A stretch of 64,000 nucleotides of DNA from Ostrea edulis. Lineage: Eukaryota. The stretch is from positions 33,170,001-33,234,000 of the forward strand of contig NC_079167.1 of assembly GCF_947568905.1 (NCBI RefSeq). Reading direction: 5' to 3'. Of the stretch, positions 11,401 to 26,400 are shown piece by piece (positions within the stretch are counted from its first letter, which is position 1; each line of letters starts with the position of its first letter). The position numbers and the translations under genes are program-made. The notes below the pieces were generated by a model, which saw nothing but the letters and a program-made list of their open reading frames with translations, searched no databases and had not been told where the DNA came from.

Positions 11401-14400
11401 TGGGAAGGCAATAAACTTTTTGCACTCTCACTACTGTGACTGCCTTGAATTATCATATATACTTAAACAGTACCTTTAATTCTTATTAAGATTTAGAAAT
11501 TTTAAAGCACTCTACTGATCAAATTTACTGGTATTCTGAATATTTTATCAAAGTTGAAGGGGAATATTGGTGAAGAGATTCAAGGAAAATAAGAAATAAC
11601 AAAAATTATGTGAATGTCCCAGTGATTTTCTGATTTGCTTGGGTTTGAGAGCCTTGAAAAGGTGACATCACAGTTTACCCAACAGCTATGAGATAACAGC
11701 TTAAAATAATTTAGTAGGCTATGATGTCATACCTAGTCAAACAAAACCAGCCAATATCCTGATGTATTGATTTTTCTTTCCTACCCCTAAAAACTTTACT
11801 GTAATATGAAGTAGGGTGGTCACATGATCAAATCCAGTAAAAGTTTTACAATGGTTACTTATTGTACTTATACATGTGCACTTTAGACAATTAGACAATT
11901 TTCTAAAGTGACATCCAACATACACCACATGACTCTGAAATGGGGAAACAAGAGTTTTGTTGAATGGATGATAATGTGCAGTTTTTTGACTGAGAGTTGT
12001 CATTCTGAAAGTTTGTGTTTATACCAAATGTGCATCAGAAATGGCTAGTTGGGAGGAATTTGGTAAAATAGGGATGGGGGCTCAATAAAAGTTTTGAACA
12101 TTGAGGAATTTTGAGTGGGACACATAACATGTTTCACAATCAGGCTTAGCTAACATGTAAGTGCATTGCTGTGAATGTTATTGAGAAATACTGAGCTGTC
12201 CCGCATTTCTACTACTAACTGATAGAGCGTAGTTACATCCTGGTCATATGGTTTTATGTGACTGATATCCTGTTACAAACAGGTGATTAAGGTTATAACC
12301 TTTGACCCCCCCAAAAACTTCATTGGAAATTTAAACTTTTTTGTTTTTGTGTGTTTATACATTAAAGGAATGCCACAAATGCATGCATTACATGTATACT
12401 GATGATAATACATGTACCAAGCAAAGAGCATGTTGTATAAAACCATGAGTATGTCACTACATTCGATAAATCTATAAATGTAGCATTTGCTTTTAGTATG
12501 TAAATATGTAGTTCAAATGAACACATTTATAGAATATACAATCCAGGGATTTTTTAAGGGTCTGTAGGGGGTGAAAATAAGACCCCATTCCCAATGTTGA
12601 AAAACAGGTATTTTTCTCAATTTTTGCTTTGAAATTCCCAAGCAATGAAAACAAATCAAGCAGGGTAGCCAAATCGTTCATAAATCTTCTTCACAGGGCC
12701 ACAGATCACAATTTTTGCTTAAAAATCTTAAGAAAACCTAATTTTTTGGCCTCTGCTTATTTGAATGAGGTAAGCTTTGACCAAATTGAAAGTCAGAAGG
12801 AGCCCAATTATACCTTAAAGCACTCTAAATTGGGTTTTTCCCAATTTCTTTCTATGAAACATTTTTCCCAATTTCAAGCAAATGTCGCTATTTTTCCCAG
12901 TTGGAAAGGCCCTGGCCCTTGAAATGAAGACCTTTAAAAAGCCCTGACATTTCAAATCAATGCTTTCATATCAGTTTACACTGCAGAAACGTTCAATATA
13001 CATATTGTGACCAAAATTAGAGAAATTACTGAGATGAAAGCGCTTGTTTCTAATTGGCAGAGAACCTTAGAGCGGGAGGTCAGGAGCAGCCAGTACCTCA
13101 TTATCTGGACTGATTGTGACAGAGAGGGGGAGAACATAGGATTTGAGGTCATTCAAGTCTGTAGAGCAGGTAGTATATCAATTACAGTAACAGACTTTTA
13201 TTTTTAAGGTGGCAAGGGACAGATTTTTTTTATTCAAAGTATTGTGCCAAAGGTGTGTGTGTCTCTGTTTCAAATCTGATTCATTGATTTTCTTAGATTT
13301 CTTTTCAGTGGTGTTCTGTGTGCACAACTCCTGAGAGACAGTGAATGAAATTTAACAAAGCTAGAAAGATTCATTGACCCCCTGTCCACATCAGCTTAAG
13401 TTCTCACCATCTTTTGTCATTTCACCTTTTCCCTATCTAATTCCCCACAGAGATTTGACAACCGAGACAATGTACATACTATAGAAGAACTTTGTCATCC
13501 ACATGAACCTGTGTATATAGTCTACTATCTGCCATCCATCTCTTTTACAATCTATTCCACTTTTTGGTTTCACAGTGTATCGATGTAGCCCAGTCTTTGA
13601 AATAAACCATTGGCCTGAAGACCAAGTCCAGTTAAATTGGGGTTGGGCTTGTAAAACTATTACATATAAAAGACTGTCCGCCTTGTATTTTTCATCAACA
13701 TTACAGACTATCGTTGAAATTACTGAAATTTAGAGATGATAATATTTCAGAATCAGTAGCTAGTATTGTGTTTTTGACTTTTAAAATTTGAAAGTTTTCA
13801 ATTTCAAAACATTGTTGTACATATCCTTCACTTTTCACCTATATAAAATTTCTCTGGTGTACCATACCTCCTCAAGTGATTAAACCATTTATAGGGTTTT
13901 AGTCAAAATTAGTGCAAGCGTCGGTGTGATAGAAACACACTATTACTGATTCTGATTGTCATTTCTCCATTTCAGCATATGGTTCAATTTTGTAACGTGC
14001 AGTTTGATTGGCTGAACAACATACTTTTATACTGTAAAGCATTATTGTGATGTCATTAACATTTTATGTTTATTTTTAGAATTTATCCAAAAATTATATT
14101 CGCATTTATCAAATAAATCAAATTATATGGAATGATTTTAATGGCAAAGTATGTTTTAGTGTCATAAATTGGTGCAGATTAATGGCAGTTTATATTCTGC
14201 ACCAGTCATGTACCTTAAAACATACTCCGCTATTAAATTCATTTCGTAATGAATTTTTAGTAGTTAGGCTAGGCTACCCGAGAGAAGAGTAATATGCCTC
14301 TGTATGGATTGCGTCATTATCTGAGACCTCTCAGAACGACACTCCACCCGGAAACATTTTGACTACATGTATTTGAATTTTTCAGTGAATCCCAATCTGC

Positions 14401-17400
14401 CGATCTACAGAGCCAGATTCTCTGAAATCACACCACAGTAAGTTCTTGTTTTGGTTATCTGAAACGGTTTCTATGGAAATGCTAGAGCTAATTGTAAAAT
14501 GTATCGCTACATGTCTCATTAAAAAAACTGGACTAGAAAAATGTCTCCATCTAACTCCATACGCAGAATGGAATCAATGAGGCATGCGCATGCTCATCCT
14601 GTGTCAGGCTGCCATGCATGAGCTGCGTCGTGGTCGTCCACAGACTGTAAACAATATTGCTGTCAAAAAAAGATTTGATTGAGGATTGAGATGGTACTGT
14701 TAGAAATATCAGTTAACATAAATACTCAGTGAAACAACATCTTAGGAGTTCAAAGAATGTATTGTATTACATTGTTATACAACTAGTGTGGTATCATTCC
14801 AATTTGTGGGGGCCAATGTTCGTGGGTAAGTAAAATTTTGCTGGTTCGTGGGGACATAAATTCGTGGGTAAGAGTGACCCACGAAATCCACGAACATCAA
14901 TCCCCCACGAACAATGCTGATTCCACAGTAATTGAATTGGATTGATTGATTGTATGCAGAGTTAGCAATATATTAGATATAGAATTTCCTTTACATGATG
15001 TTATGCCGTTATAACTATACTGAAGGGTCTTTGGTAGGATAAATCCATTACACAGTTTGTTAGGAAATATGGAAACACTGGAGGGTCTTTGGTAGGATAA
15101 AGTTTGTCAGGAAATATATTGGACAGATTCAATACTAATGTTGGACAATGTATTATCCTGTTTTACTTGAACAAGTAAATAGGAAACATGTCAGAAATAT
15201 CATCTTCACATCACATTTCTTGATTTTGTATTTAGTTTTTGTTTATGTTTTCAAGCAATACAAAAGATATCCTTATATAACTCATTCTGGGGTCTTCATC
15301 CAAATTCTAGGATCTTGAATATATGTTTGACTCGCTGACATCACATTTCTTCCTTTTGCATTTACTCAGTTAAAGAGAAATGTAAGACACCCGTAAATGT
15401 GTCTTTTTCTAGTCTGGGGATTGGCATAACTCAGCATTGGGCGTTGACGTCCTATTTTTACATTTGTGGTCTCGATGCAGTTTTATTTCAGTTGTTGTTT
15501 TTTGTATGTACATGTATAAGTTCATTTTCAGGGCAGTTGCCAGAGCCTGCAGTAACCTAGTGGCCCCGGATAAAAGAGTCAGCGATGCTGTGGATGTCAG
15601 ACAGGAACTAGACTTGCGGATTGGTAATGTCTTAATAATTTTAACATAAGATTGGTGAGGTCTAGTTTTAACATACGGATTGGTTAGGTCTAGTTTTAAC
15701 GTACGGATTGGTGAGGTCTAGTTTTAACGTACGGATTGGTTAGGTGTAGTTTTAACGTACGGATTGGTGAGGTCTAGTTTTAATGTACATATTGATAAAG
15801 TTGTATTTGACGTTAATTTTAGCATACATATTGATAAAGTTGCACTTGAAGTTATGAATTGGTAAGGTTTAATTTTAGCATGGGCCTAGTAAGGCCTAAC
15901 TTTAACTCGCAGATTGCTAAAGTCTAATTTTAACTTAGAGATGAGTAACTTATGGATGGGTAATTTCTGATTATAGTTTATGGATTGGTAGGGTCTAATT
16001 TTAGCTTGCAGATTGGTAAGATCTAATTTTAAACTTTTAGAATTGTAAGATCTGATTTTAACTTATGGATTGGTGAAGGCTAATTTAAATATACCAATTT
16101 GAAAGATCTAATTTTAGCTGTCGGATTTGTAAGATCTAGTTTTAAGTTATGGATTAATGAATTCTAATATTTAGCTCTCTTGAGCCACAGGTTTAAATGA
16201 GCTTTTTAGATTGAAATTTGTCTGTTGTCTTTGGTAGTAAACTTTTCACATTTTCATCTTCTCTTGAACCACTTGGCTAATTTCAACCAAACTTAGCAGA
16301 AAGTTTCTTTGGGTAAAGAATATTCAAGGTTGTTCAAATGAAGGGACATATCTCTTTCAAAGAGGAGATAATTATAATATTTATAAGAAAGTTTCTCTAT
16401 GTAGTGTAAATTCAGGTTTGTTAGAACTGTGACCCCTGGATCATAACGGAGCTACAGAAGTGTGCAAAGTTCTACATGTGAATATAAATCTTTTAGAATC
16501 CTATTCTCCAGAACTACTGAGCCAATTTTAACCACACTCGACACAAAGTATCCTTGAGTAAATGGGATTCAATCAAACAGCAAGGATCACACCCCTTTTG
16601 AAGGGGAGATAATTGCTACATTGTAAAAATATGATGGAGTCTTTTGAAAATCTTCTCTAGAACCACTGAGGCAGTTTCAACCAAATTTGACTCAAAGTAT
16701 CCTTAGGTAGAGGGGATTCATGTTTCTTTAAATTGAGGGCCATGTTCTCTTTCTGAGGGGAGATATTAGCAAAACAGTGAAAATACAGGGATGTCCTTTG
16801 AAAAATTTCTTTTCAAGAGTTACAGAGCCAATGTAACAAAACTTGAGTCAAAGTGTCCTTCGGTAAATGGAATTCAAGTTTGTTCAAATGAAGGGTCACA
16901 TCCCTTTCAAAAGGGAGATAATTTTAAAACAAAACTGAACATTTGGCACATATCTTTGAAAATCTTCTGATGAAGAATAACTGCATTATTATGATCTTTT
17001 CAGTAAATGGAAACATACTAATTTCATATAGAATAAAAATAAACATTTGTTCAAATCATTCCATGAAATGGATAACAATTTATTTTTTAAATAATGTTAT
17101 ATGAATATGGAAACATGGTAATAGGATGTATTGTTTCAATTTTTTTTTTTCAAACCGTAAATGCTGCTGTCCAGGAAGGAGCCACAATATAAACCCAAAG
17201 TTTACTAAGGTATATAGTGAGTGAAATATAAATAAAAGAGGGGGGGGGGGGTCTGATTTAATCAGGTTGTTGCTCTTTTAAATTAGGTGAGGTTCACAAT
17301 GGTGAAATTTGTGTGTTTTTAAACAAAAGGTCCCAAAATAGTGAAATAAGTAGCAAGCAATTTTCACTTTGTTGTTACAAATTTGTAACCATGACTCCTT

Positions 17401-20400
17401 TGACTAGGAAAATGATACAAAAATTAATGGCTAAATATTCTGTTACGTTTTGAAACTGCTGCTCGGGTGAGCAATGTCGCACAAGGGCCTCTTGTTACTC
17501 ATGTATTGGTAAGGTCTAATTTTATATCTCATATTGGTAAATTCAAAGTTTTACTTATAATTAGTAAGGTTTAATTTTGACTTATGGATTGGTAGGATCT
17601 GATTTTAACTTACAAGGTTGTAAGGTCTAATTTTAACTTACGGATTTGTAAGGTCTAATTTTAACTTACTGATTTGTAAGGTCCAATTTTAACTTATCGA
17701 TTTGTAGGGTCTAATTTTAACTTGTCGATTTGTAAGGTCTAATTTTAACTTACTGATTTGTAAGGTCGAAATTTAACTTACCGATATGTAAGGTATAATT
17801 TTTATGCCCCCCTTCAAAGAAGAGGGGCATATTGGTTTGCACCTGTCGGTCGGTCGGTAGACCACATGTTGTCCGCTCAATATCTTGAGAACCATTCACT
17901 TGATCATAATAATATTTCATATGTGGGTTGGTTATGGAAAGAAGAGGACCCCTACTGGTTTTCAGGTCAAAAGGTTGAAGGTCAAGGGTCAATCTACTCT
18001 GGACATAGGAATATACTGTCCGCTCAATATCTTGAGAACCATTTGCTTGACAGACATCAAACTTAGTACACTGGTACATATTCAGGAGAAGATGACCCCT
18101 ATTGATTTTCAGATCACATGACACCTATTGATTTTGAGGTCGCGTGGTCAAAGGCCAAGGGTCAAACTGGACATAGGAATATACTGTTCGCTCAATATCT
18201 TGAAAACCCTTTGCTTGACAGACATCAAACTTGGTACACTGGTACATCGTCAGAAGATGACTCCTATTGATTTTGAGGTCACATGGTCAAGGGTCAAACT
18301 GGACATAGGAATACACTGAACATTTAATATCTTTCGAACCCTTTGCTTGACAGACATCAAACTTGGTACACTGGTACATCTTCAGGAGTTGATGACCCCT
18401 ATTGATTTTTAGGTCACATGGTCAATCCACTCTTGACATAGGAAGATATTGTCTGCTCAATATTTTGAATTGATGATACTACTCTCAATTAAATGATGTG
18501 TGTGTGTGTATAACCCTTTTCAATTTTTGCACCATGGGGGGCATATGTGTTTTACAAACATCTCTTGTTACTTACCGATTTCTAAGATCTAATTTTAACT
18601 TACCGAACTCTAAGGTCTAATTTTAACTTACCGATTTGTAAGGTCTAATTTTAACTTACTGATTTGTAAGGTCCAATTTCAACTTACTGATTTGTAAGGT
18701 CCAATTTTAACTTACTGATTTGTAAGGTCCAATTTTAACGTACCGATTTGTAAGATCTTGTTTTTACCGGTACAATTTGATTTTAACTTATCAAGTTGTA
18801 AGGTCTAATTATAATTTGTGTGATAAGTTCTAATTTTAACTTACCGATTTGTAAGGTCTAATTTTAACTTCCCGATTTGTAAGGTCTAATTTTAACTCAC
18901 TGATTTGTAAGATCTAATTTTAACTTACTGATTTGTAAGGTGTAACTTAACTTAGGGCTATTCCAGAAATAAATACATGGGGGGGTCGGGAGGCACCTTT
19001 TGTATATTCCAAGCACCCATAAAAAAAAATTAAAAATTACCCCATGACCCATCAAATTAATAAACTCATTTTACAATGACCCATCTAATAAAAAAAAACT
19101 AACCAGACCCACCACAAAAATATTTTTAAAAATGAAAACGGTAAAATCTCGCGAGGTTTTCGGGACAAATATTCTAGTCAATGACGCAGTAATGCCTGTG
19201 CGACATTGTATCACAGTAGTTCTGAAGAAACGATGTCACATCAACAATCAAAGGCATCTATGGCGGGAATGTTGGAAAGATTGGGAGTCCAAATGATGCT
19301 ATTATCATGAAATGGGTATGGATATGTTTTTCCACGAATCGTTCGTCTTCTAATGGAGCCCGCGCCCGGAGGCCTCTATATCACCATCACACCGACTGAT
19401 AAATATAACGCATCGGTACCCTCGTATAAATCAACTAAGGTTTGCCTATTTTTATAAGAAAACGGAATACCTATTGGTTTCAAAATATTCCCAAAATCGA
19501 TGCACTGTAAACTGTAATAATCTACAGAACAGAGTTCGCCGCCATCACGTCCAAAGGGACTCTACTAAATGCGCCTCTAATGGAAAACGTTCACTCCCAG
19601 ACGCTTGATTTTTATCGGTGGTTAGCTGAACGCTTGAATCAAATGTAAACAATATGGCGAACCGCTATTTCGCACTGACGGTGGTGCAGTTGAAGAAGGA
19701 GCTTGCCTGTAGAAACGCCACGACGCAAGGAAGGAAGATAGATTTAGTTAGACGGTACATTTAACTTCTTTCTTCTGCTGTTTTACCGAAAAGTTTCATT
19801 TAAAAAAAAACCTGTAAAGTTAGGCTGTGTTAGCATATAGTCACGATAACTAGATCTGGTATGATTACATACTAGTACGCATTTCATCTCGAAAAAGATA
19901 TTCGCACGGGATATTGCTTGACTTCTCAGAGTGTGGTCTACATACTTCTTTGGCTGCTATATTTGGGTTATCAGAATCTTTGTTTTATTTATCAATATAG
20001 GAATTTTAATCAACAGCAAAGGGATTGGAGGGGGGGGGGGTATTCAAAGGCTCATGACTATGCTTGAGTCTCATTCTGTATATAAAGCCTTTATTGTATA
20101 TTCTGTCAGCATTCATAAATCTTCAGGGGATCAAACCTGAACATTTACTGTCTTAAAGGTTAAACTTGTCATAAAGTTCCCATCATTCCTTAAAATGCTA
20201 CATACATGTATGTAATGTACTCTTAGTCTATCATCTTGAATGATGTATTTGCCCGTTTCAGATTAGAAGCATATGACAGAAATGCCAATTTCCAGCAGCC
20301 ACCTGTTCTGTTACCAGATCCTTTGGACGTAAACTGGCCTACAACAGGATTCCAACAACTCAATTCAGAGCACAGGAAATTACTACCTTCTATTACAAGG

Positions 20401-23400
20401 GAACAGATAGAAGCCTATTTTCTCCATAGACTTGCTGGTATTTATGCATTGAAAGCAATGATAGTTTTCGTTTTTCTCCATAGTATATCTCATTCAATTC
20501 ATTCCTTGCAAATGATAAAATAACTAGTGAAATGAACATACACAGATCTGAAATTTTTTTTCCAGGTGGTAGTTGCTAAATTATGGGGGGGGGGGGGGGG
20601 TAGTGTTAAATAAAGTCCATGGTTATCTGCATATCATATGCAAAAATTATGGAAAATAAATACTTTTTTTTCAATTCAGGAGAGAGGTCCTTCCTTACCC
20701 TTGAAGAAATTGTTATGCTTAAATAAACATCATTTTATACACCCGGTACAGCACAGGCACTTGTTTCTGTAAATAACTTACGACCTCTGTATACTAATAA
20801 TAACACATAAGTTATTTACAGAAACAAGTGCCTGTGCTGTACATGCATGTATTATGATTCACTTTTGTCATGAATAAATATATGCTATATCATATTTCAG
20901 GAGATAATGAAGCGGCATGTGATATCAAGGCAGTTAAGAATGGGGAACTATTGTACCAATCCGAGAGAGTTTTGGCATGCTCAGTTATCATTGAAAATGA
21001 TGTATTTTTTACTGGAATAGTCAGTGCAGCCATGAAAAATAAGGTAATTATCAAAAATTTTATTCAACGCAATTTGATATTTAAACATGGTATACGCTTT
21101 ATCAAGTTTTTGCTTTAATCAAGAATATTTTAGTAGATATTTCCAAATAAATATTCCGGGGTATATGAATAAATAGTCAGCAGTATGACACTGAAAAACA
21201 TGTACATGTATGTGTAGTTTGGTCATTTAAAAAATATATACATGTATATTTCAAACCAAATCACTGAATACTTCAAAGAAATCACTGTCTAATTTGAAAG
21301 GTTATTACAGGTCACATACAGCTATAAACTAAGGCTGGAGAAAGAATCTGGAGATGTGCTAAACTCACACTGTGAATGCCCTGCAGGGAAAGGCCCAAAT
21401 GGTACATGCAAGCACCTAGCTGCTTGCATGATTATGCTTGAAAATTTTATTGAGAATGGTGAAGTGGCGGTGCAGAAATCATGTACAGAAAATTTGATGA
21501 TGTTCAACAAGCCAAAGGCTTCCCATAAAGGTTGGAATATAAAAATATGCATGGACAACAGCATATAATTACATAAAAGTAGAAAATTCAAATTTGAGTC
21601 AACTTTTCCATCTTTGTTGATATATACAATGTGTCATATTATATAAAATTGGGATGTACAATTAACAAATTCATGTTCTTTTTCATGCATTCAGGATCTC
21701 CAGTCAAAGTTGAAAAAATTACAATTGGGAAGAGAAAATCAGCCGTTCATTTGGATGACCCACGACCAGAAAAGTTTAGGAATGTAGAGGGCATGCAAGA
21801 CCGGGTCAGAAACCTATTAATCAACTATACATCAAATACTTCTGAAGACATTGCATTTCGTTATCTTTATGAGAGAGCAGATTTGAAGGTGACTTACAAA
21901 TTTTGAAAAGTCAATACTTATTTAATTTAGATTCACCATGGAGTGTGACCTTGAATGTAATTAATAATACATCAGGGCATTTAGCTTTTTGGTCAGTTTG
22001 TCTTTTGAATGCCAAGTGATGGGGCTTCATATGTAAAATAAAATCTTTCTTCTTTCTCACAAAATTTGTGACCTTGACTTTTTTTTTTTTATTTCACTTT
22101 GTCATTACTTAATATATCACATTGGGTTTTGCATGTTTTTGTTGACCTTCGCATATGACCAATATGTTTTTAAACCTAACTATAACTTTGCCTACATTTC
22201 ATGTTTATCTAGTCTTAATCTTATCTTTGAAATAATGTGTATATATAATGTGTACAGTTTTCATACAGTATAATAAAATTTTACTTATTTTCAGTCTGCA
22301 ATTCATGACCACCACTACTTATCACTGCCTTTCACAGAATACTGGGTGGATAAAGCATTACAGGTACTTTCAAAATCATAAAATAATTTGGAGATGGGAC
22401 TTTATGGCTAAATGAATTTTTGCTTGCCGCAGAACTGTATAAAACTATATAAGTACATGACATCAATTATATATAAAAAAAATAGCTTCATGTATTACCT
22501 ATCAACTAAGATCAGACATATATATTATGACGATTTATGATTAAAGCCTTTTCTAGATTTTTTCTCCCTTTCATTGCACAGGTAACTGAATCAGAGGTGG
22601 CAAGTATTGAAAAAGAAACAAGGGGACAATCTACAAATAAGAGATGGTTTGCAGAGAGAATGTGGAGAATCACAGCATCAAATTTTGGGCAGATTTCAAG
22701 AATGACAGACAGACGTAACAAACAGAAGCTTTGTAAATCATTGATATCTATCAAGAGCCTCACCACCCCTGCAGTCACTCATGGAAAATCATATGAAAAA
22801 AAAGCAATCAAAAAGTTTGAAGATAACCACAACATAAGAGTTCATGAGAATGGTTTATTCATTTGTTCAAAAATGCCATTTCTAGGTGCAACACCAGATG
22901 GCGTTATAGATGATAAATATATAATAGAGGTGAAATGTCCTTATAAAGGGCGGAGACAAGAAATCAACACAAACACAATGGAATATTTCACTTATTTAGA
23001 GGTAGTGGGTGGGGAAATCAAGCTGAAAATATCTTCCAATTACTATGATCAAATTCAGGGACAACTGTATATAAGTGGCAGACAATTTTGTTATTTTATT
23101 GTGTATACACTAAAGTCACTATTTGTAGAAATTATTGAAATCAACAGAGAATACTGTGAAATGTGCCTTATACCAAAACTGGAGTCGTTTTATACAAAAC
23201 ATTACAGACCTTTCATTGCCTCAAATTTATAAATGATTGCAAATTAGGCCAATTAAAGTTAATTGATAGATTATCATCCCCGCCCGCCCCTCAAAAAAGG
23301 GCCCATCCCGATTTTTTTAATGCAAAAATTATGATTTCAAACAAACTTGCTTCCCAGTGACATGAGTGAATGATTAAAGTCACAGAATGTTGTTTTATAT

Positions 23401-26400
23401 ATATATATTCTACCAAGGAATCTTTGAATTCCTTACTTGATTAACACTTTGTGTGATGTCTGTTTTCATTAATTTTTTTTTCTCAGGAAATAAAAATTAA
23501 AAAATTATATTCTCCCACCCGCCCCATTTTTTTTTTTTGGACCCCAGATGATAATCTACTAATTAGGTTGAATTGGCCTTACTTTGAAACCACCTCCTTC
23601 TGTACTACTTAAATGTATGCTACAAATGAAACAATATATTTCCATAAAATTGACTACATGTTGTGAAGTATTGCAGGGAACACTTCAGATTGCCTAATAA
23701 AATTGCCCCCAATATGTAATCTGAAATTTTGGACTTTTCATTATGTCAATATGGTGTGATATATTCTAAATTTAAAAATATTAACCAAGGCAATAGCTTG
23801 GATCAGTATTTTCAAACTGAGTAAATATCAGAATAGAGAGAAATTTTATGATGGTGAATATCTTACAATGCTAACAAGCATATCTTATATGAATTATATT
23901 TAGATAAGTAAATGCTAGTGTCACTACCTTCATATATATATTATTCATATATGTATGAATTCAATAAAACCAATTGTCGAGGACTGATCAACATAAAATG
24001 TGATTAATTCACAAGAAATGATATGAATTGAGAAAATCTGTTTAAAACTGCACATCATCATTTAGCCTCTTTTGCTTTAATATCATCACAACTTATGCAA
24101 ATTTATCTACAATTGACCTTCTAAAATTGCTTAGCACAAAGCAGATATAAATGATTCGGGATCCAAGCTGAATTTTGCTGTGACTAAGTTCATTCTTTAG
24201 AATTTTAAAACGTTTTGCCAGACCAATGACCCTTTCTACATGTATGCGTTTTGAAGCTACACGTCGATCATGTACTACTTCATGGGCTTCAAGTTGGGAT
24301 TTACCTTTCAAAAATGTTGGAGTATTTACTTGAACATCCTTGTTAGCAAAGAGATCTTGCACCATGATGCCTCGATCAGCCATGATGCTGTCGCCTTTCT
24401 CAAACATACCATCTTTCAATAAATCAGATCTTTCAATAATCATTCTATCACTTGCAGACCCACCATAAGCATCGGAAACATATGACACAGCCCCTCTGGG
24501 AGTCACTCCAATCATTGCCTTTATAGTATTTCTATGCTTATAATTTGACCAAGTAATGGACTGAGCATTGACGTCTGACGGCTTCTCAACTGGTATTTCG
24601 GTGGCATCCAGTATAACCCTAGTGTTTGCAAACTTCTCTGCAAAATTTGAAGGCATAAAATCTTGAACTGTGTCTTGTGATGGCCATATGTTCATTTCCT
24701 TTAACTGGAAATACAAAAAATTTATCCAGGTTGTTACAATCCTAGATACAGTTGACACTGAAACTTGAAAGAAAAGTGACAATTCAAAATCCTCTTTAGC
24801 CTGTCTCAATTTCATCAAAGTTAAAAAAAGTTGATCCCTTGGTTCTAAAGTTACACATTTGTAATCTAATTCATTTACACATGGACCAAGACAGTGATAA
24901 AATATCATAAACTGATCGTAATTACTGAAACCAGTGTAATACGAAACAGCATCTGCATTATCTTTAAAATTTTCAATGGAACATTTCATAGCAAAGGGAT
25001 TTTGCACAAATTTTTTTCCTAGATCCTGGATTTCTGTTGGTGTTTGATCAGTCTGCCCAGTCTTTACTGTATGATCTATAACCACTTCTTGCTGTACACC
25101 TGTAATATACATGTACAAGTAAAAATAGGTGGAGATTTCATGTGTCTTACCAATACAGTAACTCGCTTAAATCTTTAACTGAAAGTACAGAATGTTTTTC
25201 AGTTCTTTTGATGTGGTGTATGTTCTTTTTTCCCCTTTTGGACTTAACCTAACATAACTTAAATGCCCTATCAGCAAATTTCTGACATTGCATATATTTG
25301 TGGACTTTTACATTGTGACATAATAGTTAAATGGCCTATCAAAGCATTGTTTTACATGCAGTGGATATGGCTAAATGCAGACTTAAAGATTCCTTTATGT
25401 CTGTGCATGTGACACAACAAGCACTAAAGTATCATCATTATACCCATGGCCATAATGTCAGGTTCCTCCAATGGTTGGTTTCTCCTCTTAAATCTTAACT
25501 GTCTTGGGCTTGGGCCAGAAACTTCCTCCCCAGGGATCAGAATGGAAGGAACAGCATCTTCTTTAAGGCGAAGGCGGTCAGCTGAAAACAAAATTTCATT
25601 ATCCTTATAGCAAGATGATGGTTTGCTCTTTCAATTTTCTTAATTTTTGAAAGACTTTTTCATTTTTTGTTATGAGCTTGTTACCAAAAAAATAAATACA
25701 TGAATTAAAAGGCATATTTTAAATCACTTAATTCATGTTTTTGATTGGATAAAGTTTAAAAACATTTATTTTTTTTGGTCTGCAAAGGCAAAATGGGGTA
25801 GGGTTTATTTAAATATATTTCAACTTTTGAATATGCTAATTGTAAAACCTGGCATACAAATGATATTATGAATGAAAACATTAAGGTACAGTGTCCCCTT
25901 CCATCTATGTCATACATTTTGTGACTAAAAAGTGAATTGTTAATGCTTTAATCTTTAAAAAGTCAAAAGATAACTGATTATTGTTGGTAATTAAATTATT
26001 CCAACACTAATATTGCTGAATATTTATTGTTAGGACTATTCTTTGCTTTACATACACTTTATGTATGGTTATTTGGTTATCTTAACAAGATTATTATAAT
26101 ATCACTTGCCTGTCATTACCATTCCCTTCGTCATTCTGAAATATAAAAGAAAACAGAAAGCAACACGAACACATGCAAATCAAATAAATGCAATGTAATT
26201 CAAAGTTCTTGCACTTGTATGTACATACAAGCAATATGAAATCATTAATGCAATACAGGCTAGGAATTGCATCATCTGAACTGACTTTATTGTTAAGAAG
26301 ACTGACTTGTTCTAAGAAATAGAGGAAGGAAGCTCTAGTATATAGCCAGAATTTATAAGTGATGAGCCCTTTTATCAAAATTTCCAACACGCAACAAGAA

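Larger units (their letters stand above)
15650..18954. repeat. 28-bp minisatellite (gatttgtaaggtctaattttaacttacc), left part; interrupted by two HINEs and the ISL2EU element
   Basis: The unit resembles the exon 6 donor region cggattg|gtaatgtcttaataattttaac. The array resumes at 27178 after the transposon. Confidence 0.9.

Noticed and set aside
17750-18319. Several overlapping 60-120-aa ORFs
   Set aside because: They fall inside a non-coding HINE tandem array and show no protein motifs.
19143-19160. Near-palindrome AAAATCTCGCGAGGTTTT, similar to the TCTCGCGAGA promoter motif
   Set aside because: A single short match with no supporting evidence.
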